From the NCBI GenBank assembly GCA_000165425.1, contig CT868252.1:62001-126000 (forward strand): 64,000 bases of DNA. Reading direction: 5' to 3'. Positions 13,846-27,528 of this stretch are shown piece after piece (within the stretch, counting starts at the first letter, position 1; the number at the start of each line of letters is the position of its first letter). The DNA comes from Paramecium tetraurelia. Taxonomy: Eukaryota. A model generated the notes under the pieces. The model searched no databases and was not told the origin of the DNA. It saw only the letters and a list, made by a program, of their open reading frames with translations. Made by a program: the position numbers and the translations under genes.

Positions 13846-15413
13846 ATGGCGAATAGATTAAAAGCTTAGATTCAATTTAGTGATGAAGCTCCTGAGATTG
13901 AACACAATGAACCGGAAGAAAGTAAGAGATTTGAAGACTATTACCAATGTCTTTTCACTATAGGTATAAGATTCAACCATATTTTATAAAGGGCAAGGAG
14001 CACATGCAGTTGTAAAGACAGCAAAGAAGAAAAACTCAGAAGATATATACGCCGTAAAAATTGTAAGATCTGGGGATCAAGAAATTCAGAACAATGTGAG
14101 AAGAACTTTTAACAATACGAGGTGTCTTAGGCATCCTAACATTGCTCAAGATATAGAACTTTATATCAACGAAAAGATGGAAACCTCATATTTGGTAATG
14201 GAGTATAGCAAGTTTCCAAGTTTAGAAAGTATAATTAAAAAACGATCTCTTACTTCAGAAGAATTAAAGGTTGTGATTAAAGAACTACTATTGGGCATCT
14301 AACATGCTCATTCTAAAGGAATATGCCATAGAGATTTAAAGCCAGACAACATTTTGGTCAATTTAGAAGAGAATAGTTAGCCTCCTAATGTAAAAATAGT
14401 AGATTTTGGAGTATCAAGAAGGTTTTTATCAAAAGGATAGGAAATTGAAATGCTGACAAAAACAGGAAATATATTTTATTGTGCTCCAGAAATATATCAT
14501 AAAGCTAGTTATTCAAAAGAGGTTGATGTTTGGGCAATAGGAGTCATTACTTATTAATGCATTTTCCAAAAATTACCGTTGCACTCGAATGAAATACATG
14601 ATTTTATTGAGTTGTTAGCAAACCCAAATTAATGGACATTTTAAAAATAATTAAATACACTTGAACAACCTTTACGGAATTTAATAATTTCAATGTTGAA
14701 TCCAAATAAAAACGAGAGAATTACTGTTGAAGCAGCTTTGAGACATCCTTTTTTCGAAATTTGCACTATTTAGGATGTGATGGCATTTTTGAATAAATTA
14801 AATACAGCTTAAGATGGTTGTTGTAAATGTAGATCATTGTAATCAAGTTTAAGATTAGATGACTAATAATGGGGAAGTGTTATTTCAAAACTGTAGAGTA
14901 GTTAAAATGATAAAAAGGAGGATGAAATTATGATGAATGAATTACTTAACAGCTTTACTGATGTTCATATCATTTAGAAGCATGGGGGTAATTGTGGCTT
15001 TATCTAATTGATGAATTCAATTAGCAGTAGCACAGCTCTCATGAGTAAATTAGGATCTAAATAAGAATTGCTTGATAAAAGTCTTGGGTTCCAATTTAGT
15101 GGCTCATCAAGTATTGAATCATAATTATTTAGATAAATTGTCTTATTAAGATTAAGTCGATAATTTTAGTAAAATCTAGAGTAGTATCGAAATGAAGGAT
15201 GAATACAATAACAATAAATTCCTTACTTAATTAGGTGCTCATCTGGATAGTAGTATTGATGTTACGACTTATGATGGTTCTTTGGTCTAATCCAGATATG
15301 TTCCTCTATAAGATTAATAAGTAGTTCCTAAGAAGCCTATCAACTCTATGAAAAATATGTTCGATAACCTTTAAATTAAGGAAGTAGATGAAATAACAGA
15401 AGATTAATTTTGA
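13846..15413 (+). CDS. Ser/Thr protein kinase (CAMK-like)
   Basis: GQGAHAVV, YAVK, HRDLKPDN, DFG, APE, DVWAIG motifs; tiny introns; TGA 15411-15413. Confidence 0.92.
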
Positions 15414-15482
15414 ATATACATTTATAAGTGGTTTCATAGAATGGCTATATATAATTATTACATTATAAAACCTTTAATCAAA

Positions 15483-16627
15483 ATGAAATAATAGATTCAA
15501 TCAGCTAGGAAACCAGGGAAGTCTGCTCCAAAACCAAAAGCCAGTCTTAATAATCAATCATCCAATTCAAAGAAAGAGATTACCAATGAGTCGAATGGGT
15601 TTGATGCATCAAAATAACTCTTAATCTAGCCTGTTCCTATAGAAAATAAAGTTCAATAGAATTGTTTGATAGAAATAGTTGAATTGGCTAACTCTCTCAA
15701 AGATGATGACAGTGTAAGTGGACTCATCTTCAAACAAATCATCGTATCAATTGAAGCAAAACTGACAGAATTTCAGGAAAGACTTGACAATAGAGACAAT
15801 CTAACTGAACTCAATACTCATCTATAGAATTTACAATATATTTAAGCTAGTCCAAATAGTCCAAACAGAAATAAAAGTTATTCAAAAAAGGATGATTCAA
15901 ATAATGACACAAGTGGACTACTTCGCAATTAAAGTTAAATCTCCTTTGTTTAAAATGATAATGTCAGTATCATGAGTGCCCAAGATAAAATGAAAAGTCC
16001 TTAAGGTCGGAGATCAGCTTCCAAATAAAATTCGGGTAAATTCTAATTGAGATTCTTAATTAGTCATCATTCCAAACAATTCACAGTAGACAGTGTCTGA
16101 CAATAATAAGATAGCTGCCTTAGAGAAAAGACTCAGAACAAATGAGGATAATTATGTTAAATTGACCAGAGAATTCTAAGATTAATACAATACCAACAAT
16201 CAAAAGTTAGAAAAGACCATTAAGGCCCTTAATGAAAAGTTTATGTCATTTAGTGCCACCAATTTGCAATAACAATATATTGAAATTACTGAGAGTTAGA
16301 AGGCTTTGATTTCACATTTACATTAGTAATCGAAAGAAATCACGTAATTGCTTCCAACTATATAGCGAGATCAATAATACCATGCATAAATTAAAAGAGA
16401 CTCAAGAATCTTAAAATATAGAGATATCAAATAAAATCGAGCATTGCTTACAAATGCAGAATGAAAATTTAGTTAGGATTTAATCACTTTCATCCTCTCT
16501 TCAAGCCATTGATGCTGATTTAATCGTGATCTTAAAGTGCTACAAAGATCTTCTGAACGATATCTTCAAAATTGATATAATAGATCAACAATAAAAAAAG
16601 TTAATTAGTCTCTTTGATGAATAATGA
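15483..16627 (+). CDS. Hypothetical coiled-coil protein
   Basis: MKQQIQSARKPGKSAPKPK..., long code-6 frame with small introns, TGA 16625-16627. Confidence 0.6.
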
Positions 16628-16667
16628 ATTATAATATGATATTTATAATAGTTATACATAATTCTAT

Positions 16668-17540
16668 TCATCTTCTAGTGAAAAATGTGTTTCTGTTTTC
16701 AAACTCTGATGGTTTCTTTCTATAATCCCCTTAATTTACAGAAGAATAATTGAATGTTCTTTCAGATTATTGAAATGAGTTTGGTTTCTAAGCCATATTT
16801 TTCTAAAAATAAATAAATCAATATTACCTCCTCTTTGTATTTCAACTCTTAACCATAACCATTTGAAAGTAATTTTTTGCATTCTAAATGGTCTGATTTT
16901 CCATATGATTCATGCTTTCCATATTGCTTCCCTTAATTATCCTCTAAAATTGGATTCCTGTCTGTAGGTTTTTACTCAGCAACTTTTAGTTCCCTTTTTT
17001 CAAAAAGATCCTTTGTTTTTGCAGGAGCAGGTTGGATTGATTTTTAACTAGGCTTCCAATCAGGTTACTATGTTTAGTAATTCACCTTAGAATTTGGATT
17101 TTATCTTGGAGCTAAAGGGTTATTATGGAAATTCCATAAGTTATCTACATCGCTCAAAGGAGTTTTGATTATATGACTCTTGTTTTCAATTAATGGTTTG
17201 CTTTCTTATGTTATGGGGTCACTAGGTTTGAGTGTGGGATTGTTTTTTTAAAGAGTTGCAATTTTATTTAAATTTTCTTTACACATGTCAATGGTTTTTT
17301 TATCACACTCAGAGGGTAATGTACATGCAGTCTTTTCTTGTTTTCTATGATATTTTATAAGACATACACATATTTATTAATTTTGGAATTGTAATCCTTT
17401 GCAAGACACAGTTCAGCCTGAGGAGAGAGATTTCTTTACAAATTTGCATAATTGACTAATCGTTATTATCCTCCATAATCTGTAAAAGTTCGAAGAGTTG
17501 ATTGAGTGGCTGATTTTTGCATGGATTGCTGTTGCGACAT
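16668..17540 (-). CDS. Hypothetical protein
   Basis: MSQQQSMQKSATQSTLRTFTDYGG... two tiny introns, ends ...NRNTFFTRR-TGA. Confidence 0.65.
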
Positions 17541-17737
17541 TAAATAATTTTAATAATGTCGTTAAAAGTTGTTTAATTAATGATTTATTTTTGTATAAAA
17601 ACTATATTTCTATATTAATGATAAATAAACAGTTATTTGATTGAGATAACCTGATTAAATTTGGATGTTTCCTTTATATTTTAGCCAAGAAGATAAATAT
17701 AAAGTTAATGAAATTTAATTAATCATTAATTTATAAA

Positions 17738-18430
17738 ATGATCAAACATTATTTAACTCAATCCTCATCTACTAAACACAATTTTTCATAAAAACTTCAA
17801 TTGCAAAAGCTTAAAAGAAATAAACTTATGGTTTCAAAAGCTATAGACATGCTTTAAAATCCATTCGATCCTAGTTAGGTATCTTAGTCCTTGAAATTTC
17901 TTGAAAATTAGACTTAAAGGAAGGCATTGCTGGATCAAATCATTGGAATAAGAGAAGAAAGAAAAAGAAAATAAGAATTTGAAAAAATGTCTTCGATGAG
18001 AGGAATCTTAATCAAAGTGTAAAAGAGGTTCACAGTGGTTAAAAATCAAGATATAAAATTTAATAGAGATTTTAATGATTTTAAAATTGTACAAGAGGAA
18101 CGTAATAAAATGGAAAAATTACAGTATGAAAATCTCAATTTACAAATTAATGAAAGAAAAACGTAGTTCAAAAGAATGTCAAGTCTTAATTTCTTGACGA
18201 GAGAGAGTGACAATCATATCTTAAAACATTAATTAAGTCTTGATCCAGGGGCTCCTCAATCATCTTTGGTGTTAACAAGGAAAACATAAAGAAATACAAC
18301 GTTGTTGCAATCAAAAATAGCAAATAAATAAATGTAATTATTACGATTATAGTAATAGACCTACAGAGTGTAATACTGAGAAGGTTCTTACATCACCTCA
18401 GAATTGCCTGATTATAACATAAGAAACTGA
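17738..18430 (+). CDS. Hypothetical protein
   Basis: MIKHYLTQSSSTKHNFSQKLQLQK... open in code 6 to a TGA at 18428-18430. Confidence 0.55.
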
Positions 18431-18463
18431 TTAAGAATGATTTATAGATATAATTTTATTAAT

Positions 18464-21400
18464 TCAAATAAGATTATTTTAAATAATTGAATAGTCCTGT
18501 TTTAAGTTGATTTAATAATACATGAATCATAAAAGTTTTATTTGTCGACCTAACTATTTGTTAATTATTGTTTGTTTTGGAATTTGATAGAGCATTTCTA
18601 AAGTATGTATAAATTCTTATTGGATAGCAATGTTTCCAAACAATAAAATCATCGCCAAAGATAATGTGGTTACTATGGAAAATAAATAGAATATAATGTA
18701 GATGTTAAATGATAAATCTTGTAGTTGTGTTTTGGAGAGATCAATAAAGAATTCTGAAAACAATCTCATCTAGTATAAGAATGCATCAAATCCCCAAAGA
18801 AAATAAAAAAAGTATTCCTAAGATTTCTCTAATCTTTCAAATGCATTGATAATATCATAATTCTCGTCCAAACTAAAAAAATCATTTTAATTCATCACTG
18901 AAATAGATTACTTGAATAAATTGATAATGCCAACTTCATAAATCGCATACATCTGCTAATAATGAACTCTCTCTTTATACACTGTTTAATTCATATTGCA
19001 ATTAAACATTTCCATCAAACAAATATCCTGACCCAACAAACTATCTGAATCTACAGATAAAGTTTGCGAATAAATCATATTAGAGAATGGTTCACTCTGT
19101 AATTCTAAGAGATTAGCTTTAAGAGCATCCACATCCACATTTGTTAACCTCAAGAGTTGGTATCCGTGATTTATGTTTTAACTCGTAATCTTGTATCGGC
19201 CAGTAGCAGTTGGTTGAATTGCAATCATCGATTCATAGAATTTCTAATTAACATAAACATCCCAATTGTTGATTGTATCCAAAAATAATAAACGAATGTA
19301 TTATGTTTTAAGAGCAGCAGTTACAATAGGAGACAAATTGATTGAATAATCAATATAATTCATATGTAAAGTCAAGAAGGATCCATATGATATGATAACT
19401 AAAGGTATTATCAACTTCAAAAGTACTCGAGATGATAAATGATGAGAGATGTGAGACTTCATAGCCTTACCACTGTATGATCTGGTTATCTTATTTTCCT
19501 CTTCGTCATCGTATTCATAAAGACCAAACCAAAGTTTTGAATTCTTTACAATATTTAATAACTTCTGTATAAATGCAATCTCTTCTATTCCTTCATTCAA
19601 ACTCGTTCTACAAAACAGGGATAAAACAAAGCGTTATTTCTTTTTAATAGCAGAATATAAGATTATAAAGAGAATTATTTGCACTAAAATCATTGAATAT
19701 ATGATTATTAACAACACATTTAAATTGAAATCCAATTGATCGTTTATCTGCTTATCATCAATTTAACATTGTTTCATAAAATTTAAAGTAATATTTGCAA
19801 CTCTTTTAAAATTAAAGTATAAAATAGATCTTGTGTTTACTCTTAAAAGAATATATATATTTTTACTATGCCCATGTGTCAGTGGTCCCTATCAGATACA
19901 GAGTCGGATCTTTAGCAAAACTTTTAATTGCCATATATAAAGTTTGAAGCATAATTTTATAATATTATGACAATGATAGAATAGTTTAGATTTCTGTCTA
20001 ATTCTTATAAAAATTAATTCTGATCAAATCAACTGATTGGTTTTGTTAATCGTAAATTTTGAGTTTAGCAGTTTCCTTTTAAAAAAATTCTACTAATTCT
20101 TCAATTGATTATTTATAGATGTACAATGAAAACGATATTTTATCTACAGATGTTACATTAATAATTGTTTCTGAATCAATAGGGTATAAGTTATAAGAAG
20201 TCAGGAACTTATTGAAATCTCTAAGATAGATAACATGTCTAGATGCAATCATGGCTCTTCCATATCCATCGAGGAATGAAGTGCTATAATCTAGTTATTC
20301 AAAACATTCAGTTTATTAAATTTCTTTCTTCCAAATTTATTAATAAAGGAGAATGAAGGCAATAATTGTCCACAAAATATAAGATGCTGACAGTAACATT
20401 AATAATCTGTAAGCAGTTAATTATCTTACAATACCAATAACTTATTGAAATGATAAAATCTCTGAATTACTTTTTTGCATAGAGGATGAAGTTTTTGTAA
20501 TACTTTCATTGATCTTAACTTAATTAAATCTAATATAAATTATTATTTTACTAAATCTTTTTGATTTTATTCTCTTCCAATACTTATACTTCATACGATA
20601 ATTGTTGATTAAATTATTTATCCAGTAATGAATTTATCTCCTAAAAATTGAAAGTGACCCAATAGTATATGTAATTGATTTTATTCTCTTTTGTGTTGTA
20701 ACTTATCAAATTTTCTGTAAGACTGAACATCATATTCAACTATAATTCACAATTCTCATAATTAATATAATTATTTGATAATGATTCTATTTTATCTAAT
20801 CTTTCTTAAGGTGATATCTCTTAAAGATTCGTTGAATTGAACATTTATTTGCTCATAGTCTTATTAAGATATAAGACAGCCTTTTGTTAATGACTGATAA
20901 TTTTTTCATGATTTTAAAATGAGTGATTGTACTTTTGCATATTTTCATAGTGTTCTTTGAGTATTGATTTGACCTCTGGAAGAATCTAAAATATACTTAA
21001 CTCTTAAAAGCCATCTTAAAACTTTAGATGCTAGAATATTTTAAACCATAATTATTCTGAGTATCCTAATATTTAGAAGTCTTATCCAACTAAGATATAA
21101 TCTTAATCCTCTTCGATATTATCTTTCACTAGAGTGCCCATCAAATAGAGTTTCTCATGATCATATTTTGGATAATTATTGAGACATATTTTTACCTTTG
21201 AAACCAAAGGTGTATCTCCATATTTTATAAACGTTTAGAAGATCTATGACTTCGAAGGTCCAAATCTACAATAATTATCTAGAAGTTGGTTGTGTAACTC
21301 AATAAATTACATAGGCATAATATTTGATAGGTGTTCAAATTTTTCTATGTTTAACCACTTGTTTGAAACTTTCTCAATCCTCCCCCTTTAGTGTTTAGAA

Positions 21401-23120
21401 ATGACTACTAAAAGTTGCATTGCCTTTTGATTTTCAAACATTTAATAATTTAACAGGTCTCCCTGGCCTTACTCAAATTCAACTATCTTTTTAATTCTCT
21501 TTTCAATTAATAAATATTTATTCACTGAATAGAAGGATAACTCTAAAATTTAAGATACTCTTTAATAAAATAAATTGCGCGTTAAATTAATTTCTTAATT
21601 TAAGAATATCTAAATATCGTATTAGAACTCTCTCAAAGCTTATCTAATTTTGTTTATTTCATATGTTATTTTTATTTGCATTTCATACATATCTTAATAT
21701 GATTCAATTTTATCTGTAACATATTATGACCATAGTCGTAATTTAGTATTTAATAAAATCAATAATTGATTTTTTATCCTTTCGCAATTAGATTCAAACC
21801 ACTATAAAGAATAAACAACCTCTGTAAACTTGTTTGGAATTACTTCCTTGTATAATTGCTTAGTCTTTTCACAAACTATTTCCAATAAAGATTGAATCAT
21901 TATTTTATCATAAAAAGAGAACCCAATATCTTTCTATTACTTTACGACTTTCATAATCTGCAAGTAGTTTTTAAATCCTTTGTTATTATTTTGAATCTAG
22001 AACGATATATATTTTAAGTAACAAAATTATTGCTCTAATTTCAAAATTTGAGCAGTAAATTTAATAATTTCCTATTTATTTTCAAGTCGTATGCGAGCTT
22101 AACAAGGGCATGTAATATTCTTGCATTTTTTCTTGTGGTTTGATATTTATTAATATGCTTTAATTTGGCACTAAGGATCGAATTTTTGAATCGCATTATA
22201 ATAAAAATACTCAGCTTCTAGTCTGTGTGATTATTCTACTGCATAAAAAAAGTTTAATAACTAAAATAAAATGGAAGAATACCGGAAATAACAGTAGAAT
22301 TGTATATAAATATGGATCTGATTTGTAATCTAATAGTTTGATCAATATTTCTTGAACAATAAATACAAATGTGATAATAATGAATATCTAATAAAAGCTC
22401 TGCACTGTTTTATCACTAAATTTTTCGATAGTTATAAATTCCAATATCTTCACTAAAACAATGGCAATTACCAAAAAATATTTTATCACTGTTATGATTT
22501 CTAAGTTTCCAATCCTTAAAAATATGATCGACTCAAAAATGAATATGTAAATTAGGTCAAAGGTTATATTTTAGGCTCTACCATTCTTGGTTATAAAGCC
22601 AGAATTGCGAAAAATATAGATGCTTATGATATATTGAGAAGCACTTAAAAACAATACTAAAATGCTTAAGACTGTAATTACAAACTACTAATTTATAAAG
22701 CAGAATATTTATGAAGGTATTAGGAATAGCCAATCATAGTTGGATAGGTAAAATTATATAGTGTTTACAAGGATTTTAGTTTTCTTCCTATAAATATTAA
22801 TATTTTACAATTCTTAGTAATAATGAGATCATCAGTAACATGATTAAATGGATTGACAAAATTGCTATTAGAACCAGAGTCTGATAATATGAATTTTAAA
22901 TTTGCTGGAATGTAATGAATCGAGCCAATACCAGAATGTAATTGTCAAAATAAATGTTGATATTATCAATAAACAATAATGAAATTACTTAGATAAAATA
23001 AATGATTATTTTGATTTTATTCCAACTACTTCTTAAATTATCACTTCTATCATGATCAGCAATAGCAGATAAATAAAATAACTTTTTGATTGTTTGGGTT
23101 ATCATTATTTTAAATTTCAT
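18464..23120 (-). CDS. Large multi-pass membrane protein with PAS-like domain (TmcB-like family)
   Basis: N-terminal hydrophobic bundle, frame continuous across 21400-21650, PAS-like HLSNIMPMQFIELHNQLLDNYCRFG at ~21260-21340, paired TM segments towards the C-terminus. Confidence 0.65.
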
Positions 23121-23394
23121 CAAATAATTAATATTAACAATAATAAATATAAGTGTAATCATAAAATTCAATTAGAATTGCTATCAAAATAAATTTGATT
23201 TATTAGATCGAACTAAGACATGTATTTATAAGTAATTAAATGAAAGTGTGGAAAATAATTCTAAATATTTGTATTCTATAAATTTCATGACTTTTATTGT
23301 TCATTTTCTGAAAGTAATTATTGTTAGTCATCCTCCTATCTTAAATTGCTCGTGGAAACAGTGTCAGATTCACAATCCTTCTACTTTAATTGAG

Positions 23395-24788
23395 TCAACT
23401 GCTAATCCCTTGATTATAGGGATCTTGTCCTCCTATAACAACTCCGACCCAAGGAAGTGGCATCAAAATGAATACTCCAGTCACAATAATGAATAGCCAT
23501 AATTTAGAATAATCATTTTAATTAACTCCAAACAAGATTAAGAATAAGGCTCCCCATTATGATCCCAATGTAGATCCTTTATTTTTAATATAATAGATTA
23601 CCAAAATTGATTGTACTCATCAACATAGCATACATAGTTGCTTCAATGTTCTTTGGACACATCCTACATGCCAAGACTAATATAGGCATCAAATTCAATT
23701 CACCCACCAATTGTAACATGACTGAATCTCCGAGACAGAAGAATTTGTCATTGATACCCCATTCGACATTTTTTCTGGTGACAAGGATGATCATTGATTG
23801 ATAACAGAAATAATAAAGGATGGTAGTGGTGATGAATATCTTTTTGAATGGAACATCTTTTAGATAGTTGTTATAAAGAAGCACTCCTAAAATGGTAGAC
23901 AACGCATAAACGAACTTCAATTATCCAAGGAATGAAGGTTCAAAGCCTAAAACTTGGGTGTAGAAAAAGAACATGATAGTTGAACTTGAAGGGGCCATCA
24001 TAAAACAAAATATCAATGCAACTGGCCTTGAATCTATTATTATAATACTTGTAAATTAAAGGATTCTAGAAGAATGTCCAGAAATCTTTTATGCATTGCA
24101 TAGTGTTGTTTCTTCTGTCATTTTAATCCAAAGCTCTAGGATCAACCTTCTCTTCAACATAGAAGAATGACACTAAAACCAATAGTGAAGGGAATGCAGC
24201 TGTCATCATAAATATTTCTTATTTTGTGAAATAATGTAATAATGCTCCTGAAAAGAATGCACTTATTAGTGTTCCGAAGGCACGGACTCCAAAGAATATA
24301 GAGACATTCTTTGAGGCTCCATGTTAGAAATTGGTTTATTGTCTCGAGGCTTAAGCAGCAACTTCTACTAGAATAGCTTCTCCAACTACATTCACAAAAC
24401 ATGTTGACAGTTATATCAAGAACAATAATAAAAGGGCAGATGATAAATTATCAGTTCCATATTTAGATAAAGCAATCCACCCTAATGCATCAAAAATTCC
24501 AAATAATATTATGTATGATTTTCTCCTATAACCAAATAAAGGCTTCGAATCCGTTATTAAACCCCAGAATGGTTTTACTATCCAAGGTGTTGTTGTGTAA
24601 CTTAAATAGAGTCCCATCATAGCTGGTGATAATCCAAAATCATCTTTGAGCATATAGTTAATCGATAAATCAGCTAAGTGTTACACACCCTAAGAAAAAG
24701 CAACTACTGCAATTATAAAATATGAAGGGTTGAAACTCTCATAGAATTAAGAGAATTGCCTAAACAGTTTGTCAAACATAATGCTCAT
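23395..24788 (-). CDS. BT1-family folate/biopterin transporter (MFS)
   Basis: YMLKDDFGLSPA...PWIVKPFWGLITDSKPLFGYRRKSY, NVVGEAILVE, MPILVLACRMCPKNIEATMYAMLMSTINFG; 3' end uncertain (see findings). Confidence 0.9.
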
Positions 24789-24850
24789 GTTGATATAAAA
24801 TTTTAATAATAAAAACGCATATTAATAAATATCAACAGAAAGCACAACCT

Positions 24851-26532
24851 TCATATATTCAAGTTATTCAATTTCACTTATAGAGATTGATTGTAACAAT
24901 TTCGAAGTTTTCTATTGTTACTTCCTAATTCATATGTGGAGGATTTAGTATGATAAGATAGAAGATCAGGAGATGAAGGAAAATCAAGAGAACTTTTCTG
25001 TGTCGGACTTAAACTTTGCAATCTTTGTTAAACATACTATTAGACAGGACGTATTTTGATATTCTTATATTTCCTGCAAGTATCGGAAGCCTAAGTGTAG
25101 ATTTTCTCTTTTATATCAGGTCTTAAATATTATTAGAGTGATTTTGCACTTGTAAATCCACCCAATGATTTCTTAATTTTCATGTGTGGACTAATGCTAT
25201 TTACAACACTATCTTTCTACTTTTTCTCTTGAAAGGCAACTTAAAATGATTATTTTATAAGAATACCTAAACTAATGTAACAATTCAAGCAAACCTATAA
25301 GGTCTTATGTAAAAAGCCATCATGATTTTTATATTAATCAAAGCTTTAGTAATTTAACTTTTCATGTACTTTTTATAATACTAATGGAACCTGGGATATT
25401 GTATTCAATAAGTCAGTTGAGGCAGAGCTTGTACTTACCAATTTTATTTTTGTTGCTCCCTTTTTAATTTCATTTGGCCAATTTTAAGGTTGTATTGTAT
25501 TTTAGTCATATTCTAGGATGTAATGATAAGGTATAAGGATAAAATTATTTTCTTTTTCTACTCCTCCACATTTGATACATTTCGATTCCTTATTTAATTG
25601 TTAGGGTTTCTAACTATAGACTGACATAATTCCATCTATGGATTTAGGTATTTTTATCTATGCTTACTGATACAGGTCTTTTGGACAGTCTTTTAGATGT
25701 TTTTCACCATCAAATTTCAGATTGCCACAAAACAAAAACCAACATTTAGCTTGTCTGTCAACTTTGAAGTAGAAAATCCCTTGACTGATATTCAACTTAC
25801 CAAAAGATATGGAATCTAAATGATTGATCATTTTTTATATTTGTTCTGATATCCTTTGCGATTAAAAATCTTTGACTTAAGCTATAATTTCAAATTTATT
25901 AAATTACTTGCCTCACTTAAATAATCTGGCCCTTCAAATGTGCAAAGTCTTTCATAGATATTCATTGACTTATTAAGATAACTCTTTTTGGTCGTTCTCT
26001 TTGTAAACAACGTGATCTATTTACTCCATAAAGCCTGTATTTATGCTTTTTTATTAATGTTTTGAATTACAATTTTTATCATCTGCAGCTTCAACGTACT
26101 TTTGCAAGATTCCAAATGGAAGCTCCACATTTGAATCCATAAATTTTATGAATCCTTCTTTGTCAAAGTAAATAATCTAGATTTATCCGCATACTTTTAA
26201 CTTTTCATTTGGGTAGTTTAGATCTAAATTTTCTCTTCAAATACTTAATTTATTTACATAAAATGTAATAAATAGCCAACAACTCCTGATTTGCCAACAG
26301 AATTCAACCAGCTCTCTTTGATGTTCTCCTTGTTTACATTTTTATGCATTTTTCTCTTCACTTCTCCTGATCCTCTGTCTGTAAAATACCAATATATAGG
26401 CATTGATCGTATTAATATAACTGTTTCAGGTATCAATATAGAAGGAGGATTCGAAGTTTCAGATTTCACCCAGAGGTATTGATAAATTTTATCATAAAGA
26501 ATATGTTCTTGCAGAGTTTCACTATGAAACAT
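24851..26532 (-). CDS. Conserved-looking hypothetical protein, possibly ATP-grasp/TTL-related fold
   Basis: IPETVIL...PIYWYFTD..GEVKRK, GILQKYVE, YERLCTFEGPDY, GIFYFKVD...WFLFC; multi-intron gene ending at TGA 24851; fold call is inference. Confidence 0.6.
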
Positions 26533-26815
26533 AAAATAATAATACTATATTATAAAATTAATCAAATTATCAGTCAAATACTGCCATATAATTCAATCAT
26601 TTCAGCATCATCATAACAAATAATCATATAAAAGGAAGGAAATTTTGTGAACAATTTACATAAACTAATTTCCTATTTCTTTTATAACATTTAAATAAAA
26701 AGAAGTTAGCAAATTTTATTGAATAAATGAGTAATATAAATGGGTATTTATTTATAATTATTTTATAACATATTGGAAATAATCAATTATTATTTACTTA
26801 TCATTCAATTATTTA

Positions 26816-27121
26816 ATGTTTGTTATTAAAACTCGAAAAAACTCCCATCCCTAACCCTTTTCATATTATGAAATCAAAATTCACGAGGTCAAAAGTTATC
26901 CATCCTAAAGGGCACTGGTTTCAGAATAAAACTAACAAAATTATTTAAAATTACGGCTTGGTACAGCAAATACAAATCTAATATCTGTGTAGAGTAGATC
27001 AAAGACTCTTGCACATATGAAAAAGGAGAAGGTTATGCCCTAAGAAATGAATTATAATCTTGCATACAAAAAAATTTTTAGTCAAAAAAATCTGTTCCAA
27101 CTGATGGGAGGAAACATCTGA
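26816..27121 (+). CDS. Small hypothetical protein (101 aa)
   Basis: Intronless code-6 ORF MFVIKTRKNSHPQPFSYYEIKIHEVKSYPSQR...LFQLMGGNI-TGA. Confidence 0.45.
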
Positions 27122-27528
27122 TTAAATTAATTTTTGTTCTTAGAATACACATAAAACTTTGACATTAATAAAAAAAATAGCTCAAATTGAAGTTTAAAAT
27201 TTGTGATCCATTATGTTAAAAATTATTTCTATTGGTTTTAAAATCCTTAAAATTATGTTTAGTTATTATTATCAAATCTAAGGGATTAGTTACAACTGAT
27301 AACAATACATACGTGTGATCTCACTAAATATAGATAATAGTTATTAATTAAATAGATAAACTTCACTTCAATCTTTTATAAATAATATTTGCAAAATTGA
27401 TTTTTAAATTAATTTATAGAGATAATGCTTTATAAATCAAGTGTTTTAAATTAAATATTAATAAATAAAATGAGAAATTGACTTTAAAGATTGAATTTAT
27501 CAATTAATATTTATTTGTTTAATAAAAA

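Noticed and set aside
26849..26857. CCCTAACCC telomere-like motif
   Set aside because: Single short copy inside an ORF and not the Paramecium CCC(A/C)AA tandem tract
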